Below, piece by piece: positions 1 through 6,269 of a stretch of 14,629 nucleotides of DNA (position 1 is its first letter; every line of letters starts with the position of its first letter). Where the stretch lies: the NCBI GenBank assembly GCA_003166335.1, contig PMWA01000060.1, positions 1-14,629 of the forward strand. Reading direction: 5' to 3'. This DNA is from Methanobacterium sp. (GTDB lineage: Archaea > Methanobacteriota > Methanobacteria > Methanobacteriales > Methanobacteriaceae). Below the pieces are notes generated by a model. The model saw only the letters and a list, made by a program, of their open reading frames with translations, ran no database searches and had not been told where the DNA came from. Made by a program: the position numbers and the translations under genes.

Positions 1-2
1 CC

Positions 3-665
3 TTAGCTATTAGAATGGCTTTCGGAACTAGTCTAGCGGTTATTCTTCCCACAGCATTAAGCAGTGCTTATGGTCATCAGCGTAGACAAAATGTTATTTT
101 TAAAGCTGTATTATTTCTAGGTGTTTCAGGATTTCTGGGTGGATTAATAGGGGGTTATATAGCCACCCATCTTCCTGTGGACATATTGAAGACCATTTTT
201 GCTGTAGTGCTTTTATTAGTAGCGTTAAGAATGCTCTTATTTAAAGAACCTACAGAGGATACTACACGGGTGGATAATATTCCCTTATTCATATTATGGG
301 GTTTAATAGCGGGTATCATGTCTGGTCTTGTTGGTATTGGCGGTGCGGTGATTCTGATACCTGTGATGGTTTTAACTATGGGATTCAGTATGAAAGAAGC
401 AGGTGGAACTTCCAGTGCAGTTATTGTTTTAACTTCTCTGGGTGGAATTATATCCTACATCCTAAACGGTCTGCACACTCCGGGTTTACCACCCTATTCG
501 TTGGGTTATATAAATCTATTACAATTAGTGATTCTAGTTATATTCAGCATTCCCCTGGCACAAATTGGAGCATGGGCCTCTCATAAATTCCCTGAAAAAC
601 TTTTAAGATACATTTTTATCATTATATTAATATTTGTCTCATTGGAAATACTGGGAGTATTCTAA
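3..665 (+). CDS. Sulfite exporter TauE/SafE (TSUP) family membrane protein, 5'-truncated by the window edge
   Basis: Frame is open from base 3 (LAIRMAFGTSL...). Highly hydrophobic, with TSUP hallmarks 'A.GTSL', 'GLVGIGGAVILIP' and 'AGGTS' in the repeated half. Confidence 0.9.
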   Translation, partial: LAIRMAFGTSLAVILPTALSSAYGHQRRQNVIFKAVLFLGVSGFLGGLIGGYIATHLPVDILKTIFAVVLLLVALRMLLFKEPTEDTTRVDNIPLFILWGLIAGIMSGLVGIGGAVILIPVMVLTMGFSMKEAGGTSSAVIVLTSLGGIISYILNGLHTPGLPPYSLGYINLLQLVILVIFSIPLAQIGAWASHKFPEKLLRYIFIIILIFVSLEILGVF

Positions 666-743
666 TGACGTTTAATATTTCTACAAAAAATTAAGAATTT
701 TTTAATCTTTTATTAATGAATTTCAAATTTTGTGGGCCTTTTT

Positions 744-1367
744 TTAGTTTAAATCTTGTGAGTCTTGATTTATTATAATCATTTTGAGGTCGAATATCAT
801 AGCCCAGGCTTCTTCAACCTGTGGAGATGGATTCATTCCGTTAAGTTCAATGAACTTCTCCAAGCACTTAACAGCACCTTTATAATCTCCTAAAAATCGT
901 TTAACAGAACCTTTACCAGCCCAAGCCTTTGAATTTTCAGGATTTAACTCTAATGCCTTGTTAAAGCATTCCAATGCTTCCGAGTATTTTGAGAGATTAA
1001 AGAATGCAGTTCCCTTATTATTCCAAGCATCATCATTTTCAGTGTCAATTTCCAGTGCTTGATTAAAACAGTTTATAGCTTCAGTAAATCTTCCCATCGC
1101 TCCCAGAGAAACACCCATATTAATCCATGCTTTAGCATTATCCGGTTCTAAATCCAGTGCAATCTCAAAGGATTCAACAGCATCAGGATATCTCCCGGCT
1201 TTAGAAAGAGCCACTCCTCGATTATCCCATATCCTAGAGTTATCTTCATTTAACTCTAATGCTTTATCATAACAAAATACAGCAGCCCGGTATTCCCCAT
1301 CATTTAAATGAACATACCCCTGATATATCAATGATTTAACTTGCTGATTTTTATCTTTAGAATCCAC
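744..1367 (-). CDS. Tetratricopeptide repeat protein
   Basis: About five 34-aa TPR units (WDNRGVAL..A...F..AL..EP; WINMG; WNNKG; WAGKG). GTG start with AGGTGA ribosome-binding site upstream. Confidence 0.9.
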   Translation of the reverse strand: MDSKDKNQQVKSLIYQGYVHLNDGEYRAAVFCYDKALELNEDNSRIWDNRGVALSKAGRYPDAVESFEIALDLEPDNAKAWINMGVSLGAMGRFTEAINCFNQALEIDTENDDAWNNKGTAFFNLSKYSEALECFNKALELNPENSKAWAGKGSVKRFLGDYKGAVKCLEKFIELNGMNPSPQVEEAWAMIFDLKMIIINQDSQDLN

Positions 1368-1478
1368 TAAAATTCACCTATAAAAAATTTAAATTTATTC
1401 TATTATATTATTAGTTACCAATAATCCACTTCTTATAAAAAAAAATATTGTATTATATTTACCTTTTTTTAGATTCCT

Positions 1479-2138
1479 TTACCTATAACTATATCTCTCC
1501 TCTGTCCAGGGATCACCATGATTATGATAACCATGGGATTCCCAAAATCCACTTTTATCACTTTCTAAGAATTCCACACCAGTAACCCATTTAGCGCTCT
1601 TCCAGAAATATAGTTGAGGAACAACCAATCTAAGGGGATAACCGTGTTTAGTGCTTAATTCTTCTCCGTTATGATGAGTAGCAAATATTACGTCTTCTTT
1701 AAAGAATTCTTTAATAGGAAGATTAGTGGTAAAATTTTTATATGCATGTACCAGGACAAATTTAGCCTCAGATAGTACATTATCCTTCAAAAATGATGTG
1801 CTGACTCCTTCCCATAAATTATTTAATTTAGACCAGCTGGTTACGCAGTGAATATCTGAAAAAACCTTGGTTGATGGCAATAACCGGAATTCATCCAAGT
1901 TGTATTCTTTTTCTTCTTCAACCAATCCCCATACTTTAAAATTCCATTTGGTTAAATCAATTTTAGGCACCCGACCGGCCTGTAACACTGGCCACTTTTT
2001 AATTTCCCTCTGACCTGGTGGAACCCTAACATCTCTATTAGTATTCGGACTAATAATAACTTCTTCATTCTCTAAAACTGATTTAATATACTGGTCTTCC
2101 TCCTCATTATTACCAAAAAGATTTTTTAAAAATTTCAG
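1479..2138 (-). CDS. Sulfite oxidase-like molybdopterin-dependent oxidoreductase; probable CTG start at 2138 (track starts it at 1988)
   Basis: Motifs DIHCVTSWS (Mo-ligand Cys), HGYPLRLVVP.LYFWKSAKW and GFWE..GYH..GDPW.EERY. The conserved N-terminal 'RVPPGQ...WPVL' lies in frame upstream of 1988. SD-like AGGTGG sits 7 nt before CTG 2138. Confidence 0.88.
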   Translation of the reverse strand: MKFLKNLFGNNEEEDQYIKSVLENEEVIISPNTNRDVRVPPGQREIKKWPVLQAGRVPKIDLTKWNFKVWGLVEEEKEYNLDEFRLLPSTKVFSDIHCVTSWSKLNNLWEGVSTSFLKDNVLSEAKFVLVHAYKNFTTNLPIKEFFKEDVIFATHHNGEELSTKHGYPLRLVVPQLYFWKSAKWVTGVEFLESDKSGFWESHGYHNHGDPWTEERYSYR

Positions 2139-2327
2139 TTTCCTTCCACCTATTATATTAATTAAACTTAAAACTTTTTCTACAATGTTATATATACTGT
2201 TTAAAGTTTATTTAATTTTTTTACCACATTAAAAATGAAATCAAATTTTTTTTATTCCTTTGAATAATACTCTGATTCTGTAATTCTAAGGTTCATTACC
2301 TTTAGTTAAAAGAGTTACTGACAGAGA

Positions 2328-2336
2328 TTATATATA
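2328..2336 (+). promoter_or_regulatory. Putative TATA box of the metallophosphoesterase gene (likely leaderless or short-leader transcript)
   Basis: TTATATATA ends 23 nt before ATG 2360, and no SD motif precedes the ATG. Confidence 0.4.
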
Positions 2337-2359
2337 TTAAAAGATAAAAAATTAATACT

Positions 2360-3121
2360 ATGGGGAAACTGATAGAACTGCCAAAAAAAGGCAAAGCACT
2401 GATAATCACAGATATACATGGTAATCTAACCGATTTCAATAAATACATGAATATTTGGGATCAGTTCAAAAACAGAGATAACCATCTAATTCTTACCGGA
2501 GATTTTATCCATGCTATGGGCCGTGAAAACGATAGATCCATTGAAATCATGGAATCCGTACAATACCAGTGTGAAAACTCCGAAAATTTCCATGTTTTAC
2601 TGGGAAACCATGAATGGTCAACCATAACGAAAAAATCTGTTTATAAGGCAGGTATAAACCAAACACTCAATTTTGATGAACTCTTGAAAGATAATTTTGG
2701 TCAAAGTTACAATAAAGAACTAGAAGAATATGTGGAATTTCTTAAAAAACTTCCCATAGCAGTTAGAACAGCAAACAAAATTTTTATAAGTCATGCTGGA
2801 CCTCCCAGAAATATTAAAAGCTTAGATAAAATAAATCACATCACCGATAAAGGATACAACGAGAACCCACCATTATTCCAGATCCTGTGGAATAGATTTG
2901 AAGACTACACCGAAAATGATCTGAAATCTTTTCTAAAAACTGTGAACTGTAAAATGATGATTGTAGGTCACACACCAGTTGATGGAATTAAATTAGTATA
3001 TAAAAATCAACTAATAGTCTCATCCAGTTACAGTAAAGGAAAAAAAGCTTACGTTGAATTAAATCTTAAAGAAGATATAAAAAATAGTCAAAACCTCTTA
3101 AAAATGGTTAAATATCTATAA
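2360..3121 (+). CDS. Calcineurin-like metallophosphoesterase, possible Ser/Thr protein phosphatase
   Basis: Motifs DIHG, GDFIH, LLGNHE, SHAG and VGHT appear in the canonical order. The 3' end overlaps the convergent FHA gene by 6 nt (3116-3121). Confidence 0.88.
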   Translation: MGKLIELPKKGKALIITDIHGNLTDFNKYMNIWDQFKNRDNHLILTGDFIHAMGRENDRSIEIMESVQYQCENSENFHVLLGNHEWSTITKKSVYKAGINQTLNFDELLKDNFGQSYNKELEEYVEFLKKLPIAVRTANKIFISHAGPPRNIKSLDKINHITDKGYNENPPLFQILWNRFEDYTENDLKSFLKTVNCKMMIVGHTPVDGIKLVYKNQLIVSSSYSKGKKAYVELNLKEDIKNSQNLLKMVKYL

Positions 3122-3673
3122 TTGACCCACCTTATTATATTTAATATGCAGGGATTTAGCTACAACAATTTCATCCCCATCATTTAGCCTGTACTTCTTG
3201 GATCCATGTAATTCTTCTCCATTTAAAGTAGTACCATTTTTAGTTTTAAGATCTTGTAGGAAAAAACAGCATAAATAACAACAGTCCTTCTTAGTGATCT
3301 TAAAATGATCTCTTCCTATAAAATAAAGTTCATCTGAAGGGATTACTCCTAAAAAATCCTCTCTACCCATAATTTTTTCAGCATCTTTAACAATTATATT
3401 GTTATTATTTGGAAGAATTAATTTAGCCACTGTTCCACTATTATCAGCACACTGAGTCTGAGTAGTCTTTAAAATCTTAGATTGAGGTGATAATTTCTTA
3501 TAAATAAATTCTATTAAAAATCCAGCTATTATAGCCATTATCAAAGCTAAAACAATTTCCTGAGTTTGATTCTGAAGCAAACCGAAAATACCATTTAATT
3601 TCCAAATCACAGTTGCAAAAGCACCTACAATCAACATCATCACTATGAGACCAATAAGTTGCTTTCTAGACAT
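3116..3673 (-). CDS. Membrane-anchored FHA domain protein (2 N-terminal TM helices)
   Basis: Two hydrophobic segments, then FHA motifs MGREDF, IGRDHF, QDLKTKNGTTLNG and L.DGDEI. Confidence 0.85.
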   Translation of the reverse strand: MSRKQLIGLIVMMLIVGAFATVIWKLNGIFGLLQNQTQEIVLALIMAIIAGFLIEFIYKKLSPQSKILKTTQTQCADNSGTVAKLILPNNNNIIVKDAEKIMGREDFLGVIPSDELYFIGRDHFKITKKDCCYLCCFFLQDLKTKNGTTLNGEELHGSKKYRLNDGDEIVVAKSLHIKYNKVGQL

Positions 3674-3813
3674 TTAAACTCAACCGGTTTTATTAAAAAT
3701 GATTTTATTTCAAATTTATTTCATAATATATAAAGATTTTATTCTAAACCTTTCTAATAGGAAATCTTATTCCACCCAAATAAAACAAAAAAATTCTAAT
3801 TTTATATGAAATA

Positions 3814-5586
3814 TCATTTTTTCAATTTTTTCATAACCATCGTATATCCTTGACGATATCCACTGCGATATCCATCTCTGTAAAGTTTTAGACATTCTTT
3901 TTCCTTAAATTCTTCTAAACAATCCTTCTTAGCAGCTTCATATCCCTCTTCATAAAGATCTTCAACTTGTGGGTGAGATAAAATCATTGTTAAGAATTGT
4001 TTATTTATAATTTCTTGGGATGTTTTATCTGATTTTACCGCATTTGAAGGTATATTATCTGATTTAACTACATCTGAAGGCATTTTATCTGATAAATATG
4101 GATCTTCAACGTTTTTAGGCTGGAATCCAACACCCATTTCCGCTTTCATCAAATCTGTGGAATCACTGATAGAAGCCACCTTCACCAAAGACTTATCACC
4201 TTCATAAGACTTACTGTTCGGGGTGGATTCATCATCAAAAATTCTATTATTAGTTCTACCAGGGAAAGGATCCCCTTCATCACCAGCTAAGTCTTTCTGT
4301 ACTTTATCAACATCCTCTTCCTTAAGCAATACAGTCATATCCCTTTGAAGATCCTCTCTTCCATCAGATTCCTTTACTGTAAGGAAAAAATGCTGTGGAT
4401 TGTAGTTAGGAGCCTCTAAAACGCATACGCTCTCATCAACATGCCAAATCATAAGACCACTAGCAGGTAAATTCTGTTCAAATCCCTTCTGTTGACGGTT
4501 TTCCAATAGAAAATACTCTTCACCATCAGAACCATCAACCTCTAGTTTGTAAATATCTTTATCAGAATCCATCACCGCTGATATTTCATAGGGATTAGGG
4601 ATTTCTTTTAAAATCTTCGGTTTAATCCAGCCCAGATGCATCTTACACCAGGCGCAGGGATGGGCGGGTGTTCTACCATTGTCAATATGATCACCGATAG
4701 CCATTAAACACCAGCTTCCCACCACTGGAGAATAACCTTCCTTATATAGGTCTGGTAATCCCAGAAAATGCCCTACTTCATGACAGAAACAGCCTAGATC
4801 ATCCGCAGGAAGTTCTGGTATCAAGCAATATCTTTTGGCATATATTCCTTCTTGTACTTCAATGGGTTCTGCTAATCTATCCTTGTGAGGTCGTATATAA
4901 TTAATATTAAGTTTGGTATCTAATCCTTCACCAGCATATATCACTATCAGGATTTCAATTTCCCCATCCTTAGCAATTTTTGAAAAATCAAAACTACCAC
5001 TATCTTTAGCCTGTAAAACAACTTCTGAAATCAGATTTTGAGCTTTTGGGAAATGTCCATCAATCTCATACTTATCAACGTAATCTGATAAGTTATTTGC
5101 TGCTGAAAACCATTCGTTGTTGACTTCTCCATTTATGTCAAGCTGATTCCAGGAGGCTTCTGAATAATAGTCCCTCATACTATGGTTAGAGCCTTTAGAA
5201 AAGAGTAAATCTTTAAAATAGTCGGGTTTAATGGAATGTTTTCTGTCTTTAAATTCTGTTAAAAGAACCAGAGCGTTTTTAGTGCCGACAACCGGGTCTA
5301 TTTTTTTACAGGGACCCGTGGAAATGGGAGCAGCTTTTAAAGAACCATATTTAGTAATAATTTCCTGTTTACGATCTTCCATTCTCTGTTCCAGATTCTG
5401 CCAATTCTGCTGCAGTACATTATAAGTTTCCAGATCCAACCCACCCCTCGACTCGAATTCCGCTGGATCTACTCCTTTCTGGAGTAAATTTTTGGTTTGT
5501 ATTATCTTTGCATATACTGAAGGACGAAGATGCCTTTCCTGAGAATTTTCACCATTATTTTTTAAAAACAATTCATAAACCCCCAC
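3814..5586 (-). CDS. M6 family (immune inhibitor A-like) zinc metalloprotease with a C-terminal GYxxGYxxGY helix; no evident signal peptide
   Basis: Metzincin motif HEVGHFLGLPDLY, Met-turn WCLMAIG, and M6 motifs SMRDYY.E.S, PAHPCAWCK..LGW, EYFLLENRQ..GF and GLMIWHVDE. GTG start. Confidence 0.9.
   Translation of the reverse strand: MGVYELFLKNNGENSQERHLRPSVYAKIIQTKNLLQKGVDPAEFESRGGLDLETYNVLQQNWQNLEQRMEDRKQEIITKYGSLKAAPISTGPCKKIDPVVGTKNALVLLTEFKDRKHSIKPDYFKDLLFSKGSNHSMRDYYSEASWNQLDINGEVNNEWFSAANNLSDYVDKYEIDGHFPKAQNLISEVVLQAKDSGSFDFSKIAKDGEIEILIVIYAGEGLDTKLNINYIRPHKDRLAEPIEVQEGIYAKRYCLIPELPADDLGCFCHEVGHFLGLPDLYKEGYSPVVGSWCLMAIGDHIDNGRTPAHPCAWCKMHLGWIKPKILKEIPNPYEISAVMDSDKDIYKLEVDGSDGEEYFLLENRQQKGFEQNLPASGLMIWHVDESVCVLEAPNYNPQHFFLTVKESDGREDLQRDMTVLLKEEDVDKVQKDLAGDEGDPFPGRTNNRIFDDESTPNSKSYEGDKSLVKVASISDSTDLMKAEMGVGFQPKNVEDPYLSDKMPSDVVKSDNIPSNAVKSDKTSQEIINKQFLTMILSHPQVEDLYEEGYEAAKKDCLEEFKEKECLKLYRDGYRSGYRQGYTMVMKKLKK
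4021..4093. repeat. 30-bp in-frame tandem repeat (about 2.4 copies) in the protease linker
   Basis: tgttttatctgattttaccgcatttgaagg / tatattatctgatttaactacatctgaagg / cattttatctgat, encoding SDKMPSDVVK-SDNIPSNAVK-SDKT. Confidence 0.85.
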
Positions 5587-5589
5587 TTC

Positions 5590-5630
5590 TAAATGATTTA
5601 TAGTTATTTACATGTACTATAAATTATTTA
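5590..5630. promoter_or_regulatory. Inverted repeat (15-bp arms, 14/15 match, 11-nt spacer) directly upstream of the protease start
   Basis: taaatgatttatagt (5590-5604) pairs with actataaattattta (5616-5630). It contains a minus-strand TTTATA TATA-like element. Confidence 0.45.
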
Positions 5631-5683
5631 TTATTTCAATGCTTTTTTTGAATTAAATAAATATTTTTTTGGATGAAATGTAG

Positions 5684-5697
5684 TAATTACGTAATTA
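5684..5697. promoter_or_regulatory. Perfect 14-bp palindrome in the divergent intergenic region; candidate operator
   Basis: TAATTACGTAATTA lies roughly midway between the protease start (5586) and the small-protein start (5788). Confidence 0.35.
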
Positions 5698-5787
5698 ATA
5701 TTCATAATATTAAGTATTAAAGAATAAAAACGAAAAATTTAATACTTTAAACTTTTAAATTAAATGTCAATTAAAAGGGGGATTTAG

Positions 5788-6039
5788 ATGGAAGAAAAAA
5801 AATCTAGAAAAGAAGAATATCTGGAAGGATATGAAGATGCAAAGCAAGATTGTATCGATAAAATGAAAGATGAAAAGTGTGTGGAAAGTTATGTAGATGG
5901 ATATAAAGCCGGTTATAGTGATGGTTATAAATCTGCTATGGAAGATATGAAAAATATGATGGGGCAAATAACACCAGAAACAAAGCAAAAATTGATGGAA
6001 GAAGGGGGAGCTCAGCCTCAATGGGGATGGCCTTGGTAA
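5788..6039 (+). CDS. 83-aa protein homologous to the M6 protease C-terminal helix, with a GG|AQPQWGWPW tail; candidate peptide precursor or protease partner
   Basis: G-rich RBS (aagggggatttagATG). Residues 11-55 align without gaps to the protease C-terminus with 21/45 identities, which supports it being a real gene. Confidence 0.85.
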   Translation: MEEKKSRKEEYLEGYEDAKQDCIDKMKDEKCVESYVDGYKAGYSDGYKSAMEDMKNMMGQITPETKQKLMEEGGAQPQWGWPW

Positions 6040-6269
6040 TTAGTTTACCTTTTAAGGATTTATGATTAAAATAAATTAAATAGATTTGTATTTGTAATTG
6101 TAATGGAAAATATGTCAAAGTCTAGAGTGTATAATCTAAGAATCTTAAGAGAGAGCTAAAAATTAATCTAGTAATCATTGAATCAATTATTGCCCGGATT
6201 TACTTTTCATTACAAAATTATATTTCTTTATAAAACTTCATCATTTGTGTGAAATGAGGGGTAATTTAA

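Noticed and set aside
296..586. 96-aa alternate-frame ORF
   Set aside because: Lies wholly inside the TSUP gene and has no motifs.
5231..5425. 64-aa plus-strand ORF
   Set aside because: Antisense shadow of the M6 protease.
5818..5952. FliH or Yae1 orthology for the GYxxGY helix
   Set aside because: Only the Gly periodicity is shared. There is no FliH C-terminal domain or flagellar/ATPase context.
5767..6118. Minus-strand ORFs 5767-6021 and 5936-6118
   Set aside because: Antisense to the 83-aa gene, which has an RBS and paralog support. Their F/I/L richness mirrors the purine-rich sense strand.
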